64,000 nucleotides of DNA, taken from positions 111 through 64,110 of the forward strand of contig JBKPDB010000043.1 in NCBI GenBank assembly GCA_046727655.1. The letters run 5' to 3'. Positions 44,933 through 52,270 of this stretch are shown here, in pieces (the first letter of the stretch is position 1; each line of letters begins with the position of its first letter). The notes under the pieces were generated by a model, which had not been told where the DNA came from, made no database searches, and was given only the letters and a program-made list of their open reading frames with translations. The translations under genes were made by a program, and so were the position numbers. The DNA is from Actinomycetota bacterium. Its GTDB lineage: Bacteria > Actinomycetota > Thermoleophilia > Gaiellales > Gaiellaceae.

Positions 44933-45254
44933 GCGTCGTCACCCGCTCCTCCGCGGCGTGCTCGGCCCGCAGGTCGAGCGCGCGCAACGCGCTCGCCGCG
45001 CGTCGCCTCAGAGGCCCGACGAGCCGGCGGTAGTCGTCGTCGGACACCTTGCCCGTGCGGTGATCGAACTCGAGCTCCTTGAGCGCGGCCAGAGCCCGGT
45101 CCCGTTCCTCGGCCAGCGACAGACGCCGCTGCTCGAGCTCGTCGGGACGTCCGAGCCGATCGTCGCCTGGGCGCGGCTCACGCAGAAACGGAAGTGCTAC
45201 GAGCAGCACGCATGCGACTGCGAGCACCGCGCCGACGACGAGTGCGACCGTCAT
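44925..45254 (-). CDS. Small TM plus coiled-coil protein, CcmI N-terminal-like (tentative)
   Basis: 109 aa. TM MTVALVVGAVLAVACVLLVALPFL, then L.EERDRALAALKELEFDHRTGKVSDDDYRRL, reminiscent of the CcmI/CycH N-terminal module. ATGA overlap with the ccmF stop. Confidence 0.35.
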   Translation of the reverse strand: MTVALVVGAVLAVACVLLVALPFLREPRPGDDRLGRPDELEQRRLSLAEERDRALAALKELEFDHRTGKVSDDDYRRLVGPLRRRAASALRALDLRAEHAAEERVTTRG

Positions 45255-47239
45255 ATCCGGACGGTCGCTCCTGCGTAGCGTTCGGCGAGCCGCCGCTCCT
45301 CGCGTGCGTCCGGCCAGAGCGCGATCAGCGAGCCGGCGAGGAAGACGAAGCCGGCGAGCCAGATCAGGTTGACGAGCGGTTTCTGCAACACCTTGAGATC
45401 GACTGTCCCGTCGCTGTTGATCTGGTCGGCGATCATGAAGAGGTCCCCGCCCGTGAGGAGATCGTGGCGGATCGACACCTCGTTCGAGATCTGGTCCTCG
45501 GCGAAGTACTGGTTCTTCCCGGGCTTGTACCGGCCGAGGTAATCGCCGCCGCGATAGACGTCTACGAGTGCCCGGATCGCGCGGTGGTTCGACGCGAGCG
45601 AGGTCTGATACCCGCGGAAGACGACTCTGTGATCCGCCACGTTCATCGCCTGGCCGGGTGCGAGCCGGCTTTCCCGAACGGTTTCGTAGGCACTTGACCC
45701 GGTGACCCCGAGGGCGAGCAGCACCACCGCGGCGTGGACGATGTAGCCCCCGTAGCGCCGGCGGTTACGCTCGACGAGGGAGCCGAACGCCCCCACCCAG
45801 CTCTCCCTCCCGAGTGCCTTACGCGCGGCCGTCCCGCGCGCGAACTCGAGCACGATCGACGCGAGGACGAACACCGAGAACGTGTACGCAATCACGCCGA
45901 TCCGGGACGAGCCCGCACCGAGAGCGAGAAGACAGACCCCGGCGACGACGGCGACGCTCAGTGGCCAGAGAAACGTCCGGCCAAGAGCGCGCAACGACGC
46001 GCGGCGCCACGCGACGAGCGGCCCGATCCCCATCAGCAGCAGAAGCGGCAACCCGAACGTGTGGAGGAAGAAGTTGTAGTAGGGCTTGCTGACGCTCGCG
46101 GCCTCGCCCGTCACCGCCTCGGACAGCAACGGATAGACGACGCCCCAGAGGATCGTCAGCGCGAGCGCGACGAGCAGCAGGTTGTTGTAGAGGAAGGTCG
46201 CCTCCCGCGAGACGAGCGACTCGAGCCGAGTCTTCGCGCGGAGGAGGGGCAGCCGCGCGAAGATCAGCGCGAGCGAGCCGGCGGCGATCAGACAGATGAA
46301 GCCCAGGAACCACGGTCCGATCGAGCTCTGCGTGAAGGAGTGGATCGACTGGACGATCCCGCTACGCGTCAGGAACGTCCCGAAGAGCGACAGCCCGAAC
46401 GCGAGCACGACGAGCAGCACGTTCCAGACCTTCAGCATGCCGCGCTTCTCCTGGATCATCACCGAGTGGAGGTACGCGGTCGCCGCAAGCCACGGCATCA
46501 GCGCCGCGTTCTCGACCGGATCCCAGGCGTAGTAGCCGCCCCAGCCGATCTCGACATACGCCCAGTGCGCGCCGAGCAACTGGCCGATGCCGAGAAACAT
46601 CCACGCGGCGAGCGTCCAGCGACGAGTCGCGACGATCCAGCGTTCGTCGGTCCTCCGCGCCAGCAGCGCTCCCATCGCGAACGCGAACGGCACCGTCAGG
46701 CCGACGTAGCCGAGGTAGAGGAGCGGCGGATGCACCGCCATGTAGGGGTTCTGGAGACTCGGGTTGAGGCCGGCGCCGTCCGCGACAGCCGCCTGCGTCA
46801 CGAACGGGCTCGCGACGAACACGAGCAGCAGGGCGAAGAAAGAGCCGACGAGCCCGAGCACCGGCACCACCCACGCCAACACCTCCTGGCCGACGCGGCG
46901 CGCCGTCAGCACGGCCGCCGCGGAATAGCCGCAGAGGACGAGGAGCCACAGCAGCAGGGAGCCTTCCTGCCCGCCCCAGAACGCCGTGAGGGTGTAGCCG
47001 AGCGGCAGCTCGCGGCTCGTGTGGTCGGCGACGTACTGGAAGGAGAAGTCGTGCCGGGCGAGCGCCGTGAGGAGGACGACCGAGGCGACGAGCGTCGCTG
47101 CGAAGGATCCGAGCAGCGCGTTCTGCGCAGACTCCGCCAGGCGGCGTCGTCCCTTCCACGCGGCGAACGACCCGGCAACGAGGGCGTAGACGAGCAGGAG
47201 GAGCGACGTGACGAGCGCCGCACGCCCGAGATCAGCCAT
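45251..47239 (-). CDS. ccmF: Cytochrome c-type biogenesis protein CcmF (heme lyase component)
   Basis: 662 aa, about 15 TM. WWD-type motif WGGYYAWDPVENAALMPWL and conserved His residues flanking it. Confidence 0.92.
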   Translation of the reverse strand: MADLGRAALVTSLLLLVYALVAGSFAAWKGRRRLAESAQNALLGSFAATLVASVVLLTALARHDFSFQYVADHTSRELPLGYTLTAFWGGQEGSLLLWLLVLCGYSAAAVLTARRVGQEVLAWVVPVLGLVGSFFALLLVFVASPFVTQAAVADGAGLNPSLQNPYMAVHPPLLYLGYVGLTVPFAFAMGALLARRTDERWIVATRRWTLAAWMFLGIGQLLGAHWAYVEIGWGGYYAWDPVENAALMPWLAATAYLHSVMIQEKRGMLKVWNVLLVVLAFGLSLFGTFLTRSGIVQSIHSFTQSSIGPWFLGFICLIAAGSLALIFARLPLLRAKTRLESLVSREATFLYNNLLLVALALTILWGVVYPLLSEAVTGEAASVSKPYYNFFLHTFGLPLLLLMGIGPLVAWRRASLRALGRTFLWPLSVAVVAGVCLLALGAGSSRIGVIAYTFSVFVLASIVLEFARGTAARKALGRESWVGAFGSLVERNRRRYGGYIVHAAVVLLALGVTGSSAYETVRESRLAPGQAMNVADHRVVFRGYQTSLASNHRAIRALVDVYRGGDYLGRYKPGKNQYFAEDQISNEVSIRHDLLTGGDLFMIADQINSDGTVDLKVLQKPLVNLIWLAGFVFLAGSLIALWPDAREERRLAERYAGATVRI

Positions 47240-47242
47240 GGG

Positions 47243-47641
47243 TTAGGTGCTCTTCTTCGGCGAGTACTTCGACGGGCACCTCGTCACGAGCGTGTCCGGC
47301 ACGGCGGTGAACACGCCGCCGCGCAGGCGGCCGTCGACGACGATCTCGCGACCCACGCGGAAGAGGTCCGGCACCGAGCCGCGGTAGCGAATCGGCACCG
47401 TCGTCGTCCCCTTCGGGTCGCGGAGACGAAACTGGAGGCCGGCGGCTCCGTGCGCGTCGCCTCGGACGGGTCCCACGACGACGCCCCCGAGCGACACGCG
47501 ACCGTCGTGCCCCGGAAGCTGGCTCGGCTGGAGCGACGGCGTGCCGCCGCCGGCGATGGACGTGTAGAGCAGGAAGACGGCGAGGACGGCCGCGACCGAG
47601 AGCGCGACGATCAGGCGAGCAGGGCTCCCTCTACGAGCCAC
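47243..47641 (-). CDS. ccmE: Cytochrome c maturation heme chaperone CcmE, Cys (CxxxY) variant
   Basis: 132 aa. TM anchor, OB-fold region (VPIRYRGSVPDLFRVGREIVVDGRL) and C-terminal LVTRCPSKYSPKK where canonical CcmE has H-x3-Y. The Cys codon is the complement of 47276-47278. Confidence 0.85.
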   Translation of the reverse strand: MARRGSPARLIVALSVAAVLAVFLLYTSIAGGGTPSLQPSQLPGHDGRVSLGGVVVGPVRGDAHGAAGLQFRLRDPKGTTTVPIRYRGSVPDLFRVGREIVVDGRLRGGVFTAVPDTLVTRCPSKYSPKKST

Positions 47642-47912
47642 CCTGAGATTCTAGTCCGACCCGCCTCGCGGCTCTTGGTTCCCAGCGGACGTCAGAGGCA
47701 TAGATCGAAGCGAGCGCCGCCGCCAGCTTGGGCTCGCCGCGCGCCGCATCGAGCAGACCTTCGACAACCGCCGTGGCAACACCTGCCGCGACATCCTCCA
47801 CCGCACGGCGACGATCGCCCGGCAGCGAGCGGAGCGGCCCTCGCGCCCGGTAGAGCTCGTGGTCGAGCACGACGCGAGCGTGCCGATGGAAGGCATGGGA
47901 TACCTGGCTCAC
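47631..47912 (-). CDS. Hypothetical small ORF translationally coupled to the oxidase paralog (GTGA overlap)
   Basis: GTG (complement of 47910-47912) overlaps the stop of 47909..51106. The 93 aa are helical and Ala/Arg/Val rich (…AVEDVAAGVATAVVEGLLDAARGEPKLAAALASIY…). It fills the otherwise empty 268-nt gap before ccmE. No homology recognised. Confidence 0.3.
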   Translation of the reverse strand: MSQVSHAFHRHARVVLDHELYRARGPLRSLPGDRRRAVEDVAAGVATAVVEGLLDAARGEPKLAAALASIYASDVRWEPRAARRVGLESQGGS

Positions 47913-50900
47913 CGCGCTCCCATTGCAGGGCGGACGGCAGACTCCGACGCCGCCCGAGCGGGAGCGATCGTCGGAAGGACGAAGCCGCAGAACATGAGCG
48001 CAATGCCGATCAGCTCGCCGACGTAGAGGAGCGACGTGTCGCCGGCGCGCGAGAGACCGGTCGATGCCGCGACCACCAGTGCACCGCACGCGATCCAGAC
48101 GTTCGCCCGCACCCGCTGTCGTCGCGCGATCGAGAGCAGCGACCCTCCGACGAGAAACAGCGTGCCGACGCAGTTGAGCGTGATCGCCCAGAGGAACGCG
48201 TGACCTCCGAGAGCGGAGTTCGCCGGCGGCTCGCCGCTTTTCGCGGCCGCGAGCACGCCGCTGTCGACAGGAGCGAGCGAGACGGTGACGATCGCCGCAG
48301 CCGTGGCGGCGAGCAACGCCCCCAAGAGCACGTCGCGCGCACGGCGGGGCAGCAACAGCCATGCGGATCCGCAACCCAGATACGCGACGGTCAGAACGCC
48401 GCCTGCGATGTAGTAGATGCGAAAGAGACTCGGCGTCCACCCGGCGCGCTGTGCCAAGGCTTCGCTGCCCGCGGCAAGAGCGAAGAGAACAAAGCCCGCG
48501 GCCCAGAGCGCCTTCGGGCCCGCAGGCCTATGCAGGAATGAACGTACGAGCAGCAGCGCAAACGCAAGGGCAAGCAGCGCCGCACCGACTGGAAGGAACG
48601 AAGAGGCGATCTGAGGTGAACTTCGGTCTCCACCAGAGCTGATGGCGGTGACAGGGGCGTCGCGCGCCACGACGACGAAGTAGGCGAAGTCGCGGCCGCC
48701 GAACATCCCCTGATGAGTCCCCACGAAGAGGTAACGCCCCGACTGCAGCCGATCCCGTGGCGCCAGAACGAGGGCCCTCGGCGAGCTCGAACGAACGGCC
48801 AGTTGGACGGGGCGTCCGCGCGCCAGGTTGAAGAGCTGGTACGCCTCGGGACTATCGACGACAGCGGCCCGGGCGATGAGCGCGTGGACGTCGGCGGCGT
48901 GCAGCCTCAGCGCGTCGCGCGGGTAGGGATTCTGTGGATCGGGCCAGGAGAAGAGCTTCACCGTACCGCCCCGGGTGACCAGGAACTGGCCCGTCACCTC
49001 GCGTGTGAAGCCGGTCTGGTACGTGTACCTGAGCGACCCAGAGACGATGCCGGACACGGGCGGAACGAAGGGGAGCGAGACGAGCACGAGCAGGATCGAC
49101 CCGATGGCCACGCCGACGCGCGTGCGGTAGCGATTACGTGACGAGGGTGGTCGCCTGCGGGCGATTCGGCGACGGCGGCGCCGGTGCGCGCGATAGAGCG
49201 CACCGGCGGAGAGAAGCGCACTGACCGCGAGCCACACGAACTCGAACTTCCAGCCAACCCCGCGCAGCGGGCCCGTGCCGTATGGGCTGAACGCCGATGG
49301 GATCACGGCCCAGGCGAGCACGGGGCCGATGAGGAGCAGGATCGCCGCGGTGAACGGAAACCCAGCGAAGAGCCAGCCGATGCCGGGGAAGCCGAGAAAC
49401 GCCATCGGCAGCTCGTAGCCGGCGAGCGCCGCCGGGCTCCGCATCCGTACACGCTTTGGAACCGGTCCTGCGTAGACCCTTGGTGCGGCCACGAGGGCGC
49501 GCCGGCCTGCCGCGCGCTGGCGCGCAGTCAGCTTCCAGGTGGCCACGGCGTAGGCGCCGAAGCCACCGAAGACGGCGAGAGCTGCCGGGATCAATAGGAG
49601 GGCGGGCCACGGTTGAAGAGCGGCGACGACGGAGGGGAACGTCTCGCCACCCGCGACGCGGCGAGCCTCGAGCGCCGAAATTACCATGCCCGCCGCGTAA
49701 TAGACGGCCATGCCGGCGGCGACGCCGACGAGCGTCATACGGGCATAGCCTGGACGGGTCCGAACGTCGAGGCCGCCGACCAACACCAGCGCGGCGCCCA
49801 CGAGGACCACCATCAGCCCGCCGAGCATGTTGAGCTGAGCGTGCAGGTTGACGATCACGCCGCCCGCGTCACCGCCCCGGTCGAGCAGCTCGTGCACCGC
49901 GGGGACGGCCTGCACCGGTCCCTGCAGCGTCCCGACCGCGAGCGCAGCGCATCCGGCGAGGACGAACAGGCGCGGCAACCCGTTGGCTCGCCAGAAGCAG
50001 CGGACGAGTACAGCAAGCAGCAGCCAGACAGCCGCGAACATCGCCACCCCACCGGCAATGATCAGGTAGGGATGGAGCGGCGTCGCCTCCTCGGCCTGCT
50101 CCGGGGTGAGCCCGCGCCGAGCAACCAGACGCCCTTCGTGAAAGCCGAGATAGAGCGCAGCGGCGTAGAAGGCGAGCGAGCCGCAGAGCAGCAGGTAGAA
50201 GCATGCGTTCGCGACCTTGCGCGCCGGCGGGGTCCCGCCGAGCAGCGGGACGAGGTAGAAGACGCAGCCGGCGACGAGCATCGTCAGCCCTGTCACGAGG
50301 TTGACGTGAGCATGGCTGATCGGGTCGATCCACTCCCCGGCGTGGCCCGCGCGGTAGAGCCAATCGGCCTGCGCAGGCGCCACCTGGATCACGCCCTGCA
50401 CCGTGCCGACCGTCAGTCCAGCGGCGCCGGTGGCGAGGAACTTCCAAAGATGCCCGCTCGGCTTCGGTACCTGCACCAGGCGCGCGTGGAAGACGGTCAG
50501 GAACACGTTGGCGGCGAAGCACCAGTAACCGAGCCCCATGACGCCGGCGCCGATTCCGACCGGCACCTTGTACCACTTGCCCATGCTCGCCTTCGCGGTC
50601 TCGTAGTCCCAGCCATGCGCGACGAGGCGCCCGATCACGATCCCGTTGCCGACGAAGGCGACGTAGAAGACGAGCAGCCCGACGGCTGTGAACCAGAACG
50701 CACACTGGGCCAGCGCGTCGCTGGCGAGCGGCCTGCCGACGATGCGCGGCAGGACGTACCAGCACAGGCCGGTGGCGATCAGGGTGCCGCCGCCGACGAT
50801 CATCACGTGCGTGTTGGCCAGGTCACGGACGAGATGTCCGGCGTAGCCGGCGCGCGCGAGCCACTCGGCCGTCCAGGGCATGTTCTTCACGACCATGTGG

Positions 50901-51106
50901 AGGCTGCCCAGGACGAGGAAGCCCCCGCCGGCGACGAAGTACTTCGCCAGCTTCCGGTCATGCGCGCCGAGTTGCTCCTCGCTGTGAGGCACCGTTCGAA
51001 CGGGCGGAGCCTTCCCCGGCAGGAGGCGCCAGAGGGAGGCAATGACGATGGTGAAGAAGGCGACGTAGGTCAGGAACTCGAGCGACGAGAGGTGCTTCAG
51101 GTACAC
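47909..51106 (-). CDS. Divergent heme-copper oxidase subunit I (cbb3/CcoN-like) paralog fused to a ~575-aa C-terminal multi-TM extension
   Basis: 1065 aa, GTG start. Residues ~50-480 align by eye helix-by-helix with the CcoN encoded at 53692..55203 (e.g. THVMIVGGG...YVLPRIVGRP vs GHVNGVILAW...YMLPRLCGTR; SHAHVNL vs YAHNLFG). Two canonical His ligands are replaced (see finding). No in-frame stop splits it. Confidence 0.6.
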   Translation of the reverse strand: MYLKHLSSLEFLTYVAFFTIVIASLWRLLPGKAPPVRTVPHSEEQLGAHDRKLAKYFVAGGGFLVLGSLHMVVKNMPWTAEWLARAGYAGHLVRDLANTHVMIVGGGTLIATGLCWYVLPRIVGRPLASDALAQCAFWFTAVGLLVFYVAFVGNGIVIGRLVAHGWDYETAKASMGKWYKVPVGIGAGVMGLGYWCFAANVFLTVFHARLVQVPKPSGHLWKFLATGAAGLTVGTVQGVIQVAPAQADWLYRAGHAGEWIDPISHAHVNLVTGLTMLVAGCVFYLVPLLGGTPPARKVANACFYLLLCGSLAFYAAALYLGFHEGRLVARRGLTPEQAEEATPLHPYLIIAGGVAMFAAVWLLLAVLVRCFWRANGLPRLFVLAGCAALAVGTLQGPVQAVPAVHELLDRGGDAGGVIVNLHAQLNMLGGLMVVLVGAALVLVGGLDVRTRPGYARMTLVGVAAGMAVYYAAGMVISALEARRVAGGETFPSVVAALQPWPALLLIPAALAVFGGFGAYAVATWKLTARQRAAGRRALVAAPRVYAGPVPKRVRMRSPAALAGYELPMAFLGFPGIGWLFAGFPFTAAILLLIGPVLAWAVIPSAFSPYGTGPLRGVGWKFEFVWLAVSALLSAGALYRAHRRRRRRIARRRPPSSRNRYRTRVGVAIGSILLVLVSLPFVPPVSGIVSGSLRYTYQTGFTREVTGQFLVTRGGTVKLFSWPDPQNPYPRDALRLHAADVHALIARAAVVDSPEAYQLFNLARGRPVQLAVRSSSPRALVLAPRDRLQSGRYLFVGTHQGMFGGRDFAYFVVVARDAPVTAISSGGDRSSPQIASSFLPVGAALLALAFALLLVRSFLHRPAGPKALWAAGFVLFALAAGSEALAQRAGWTPSLFRIYYIAGGVLTVAYLGCGSAWLLLPRRARDVLLGALLAATAAAIVTVSLAPVDSGVLAAAKSGEPPANSALGGHAFLWAITLNCVGTLFLVGGSLLSIARRQRVRANVWIACGALVVAASTGLSRAGDTSLLYVGELIGIALMFCGFVLPTIAPARAASESAVRPAMGAR

Positions 51107-51119
51107 CGCATCCGCCGAG

Positions 51120-51314
51120 TTAGCGGAGGCCGGGCTCGATGAAGTAGACGGTGAGCATCCACCCCAATGAGAGGGCGATCATCACCGCCAGAATGACCCA
51201 CGCGCGGACATGCGCTTGGCGCGACCAGCGGACGTCCTCGCCCACGTCGCGGTAGCCGAGCAGCGGCCGCGCCGGGCGAGCCTGGCGCTGCTCGCGGTCC
51301 TCGGGCTCCTCCAT
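51120..51314 (-). CDS. Small single-TM protein, hypothetical
   Basis: 64 aa from ATG 51314 (MEEPEDREQRQ...AWVILAVMIALSLGWMLTVYFI). The ATG shares one nt with the upstream stop (TGATG). Confidence 0.35.
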   Translation of the reverse strand: MEEPEDREQRQARPARPLLGYRDVGEDVRWSRQAHVRAWVILAVMIALSLGWMLTVYFIEPGLR

Positions 51315-51631
51315 CAGAACACCTTCTCCATGATCAGGCTCCGCTCGGGCCCGAGACCCTCCCCAAGATCGGCCAGCAGACGCTCGAAGGTGTAGCCGCG
51401 TTCGAGGAAGGCCTCGAGCTGGGTAGACGTGTCCCACGTCGTGTAGCAGTGAATCCGCACGTCGTCGCCTTGCTCGACACGGGTGAAGACGTCGAATCGC
51501 TGGCACCCCGGGTACTCCTGCACGTGGCCCTTGAGCGACTGCAGCGACGCGTACACCCCTTGCCACTCGCTCGCAGGCACGAGGGTTTCCGTCAGGCTCG
51601 AGTAGGCGACGAACGGCGGGGCGGCGGCCAT
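51314..51631 (-). CDS. ABM (antibiotic biosynthesis monooxygenase-like, ferredoxin-fold) domain protein
   Basis: 105 aa from ATG 51631: MAAAPPFVAYSSLTE...SLKGHVQEYPGCQRFDVFTRVEQGDDVRIHCYTTWDTSTQLEAFLERGY has the typical ABM pattern. TGATG overlap with the upstream stop. Confidence 0.55.
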   Translation of the reverse strand: MAAAPPFVAYSSLTETLVPASEWQGVYASLQSLKGHVQEYPGCQRFDVFTRVEQGDDVRIHCYTTWDTSTQLEAFLERGYTFERLLADLGEGLGPERSLIMEKVF

Positions 51632-51978
51632 CAGAAGCGCTGTCCCCAGATGAGGTGGCTGACGACCAAGACAACCGCGAACGCGGTCAGGAACGCCGTC
51701 AAGATGAGAAAGAACGCTGTCGCAGGACCGGCCGCCTCGGAAGCCCAGCCGCCGAAGCGGTCGACCGGGTAGATCCCGGCGCGCTGCCTGGTCGTCCTGT
51801 ACTGCTTCACCCACAGCCCGGCAGCCACGATGAGCACGATGATGAAGCCCCAGAGCCAGGCGAGCGAGAGCCAGTCGACGTGCCACGTCTCGACGCGGCC
51901 GTCGACGATGTGGTGGCTGTTCAGGTAGTCGTAGTACTGCTGCGCTGTCTCCGGCGAGTCACCGGTTGGCATCGCCAT
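51631..51978 (-). CDS. Hypothetical membrane protein (2 TM)
   Basis: 115 aa with TMs WLSLAWLWGFIIVLIVAAGLW and ATAFFLILTAFLTAFAVVLVV. Lies in the oxidase operon. Confidence 0.4.
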   Translation of the reverse strand: MAMPTGDSPETAQQYYDYLNSHHIVDGRVETWHVDWLSLAWLWGFIIVLIVAAGLWVKQYRTTRQRAGIYPVDRFGGWASEAAGPATAFFLILTAFLTAFAVVLVVSHLIWGQRF

Positions 51979-52270
51979 CGTCCCACTCCTCCTCGTCGTA
52001 CGCCCAGTCGGGCGTGTAGTAGTCCTCCTCCTCGATCTCGAGTGGCACCCGCGAGGCCTCTGCCAGGTTGTGGAAGTGGCCGAGCTTCCAGGTGATGACG
52101 AACGCGATCAGCGCGACGCCCGCGAGGATGAAGAACATGTCGAGCATCCAATCCGCCATGACCCACTTCGACTGGTCGTTCTCCGGCGCATCGTGCCCAA
52201 GCGCCGCCGCGGGAACGGCGAGCGAGGCTGCCAGCGCGAAGACGGCCGTGATGAGAAGACGCCTCATCAA
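51959..52270 (-). CDS. Small exported/TM protein with acidic tail, hypothetical
   Basis: 103 aa. Signal-like N-terminus (MMRRLLITAVFALAASLAVPAAALG), TM (MFFILAGVALIAFVITW) and an acidic tail EEEDYYTPDWAYDEEEWDDGD. ATGA overlap with the ccoO/P stop. Confidence 0.4.
   Translation of the reverse strand: MMRRLLITAVFALAASLAVPAAALGHDAPENDQSKWVMADWMLDMFFILAGVALIAFVITWKLGHFHNLAEASRVPLEIEEEDYYTPDWAYDEEEWDDGDANR

Noticed and set aside
45734-48541. 935-aa plus-strand ORF across ccmF, ccmE and the oxidase paralog. The same reasoning covers 919..2778, 22874..24955, 49613..51142, 6365..7588 and 887..2500.
   Set aside because: All are antisense or out of frame relative to genes with clear family signatures. 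They are dominated by Arg/Pro/Gly/Asp/Glu and lack any motif, so I treat them as high-GC artefacts.
47909-51106. Splitting the 1065-aa ORF into an oxidase-like gene plus one or two downstream membrane-protein genes
   Set aside because: There is no in-frame stop anywhere in the ORF, so separate genes would require internal initiation only. It is kept as one CDS, but the fusion should be checked against relatives and read data for a masked frameshift.
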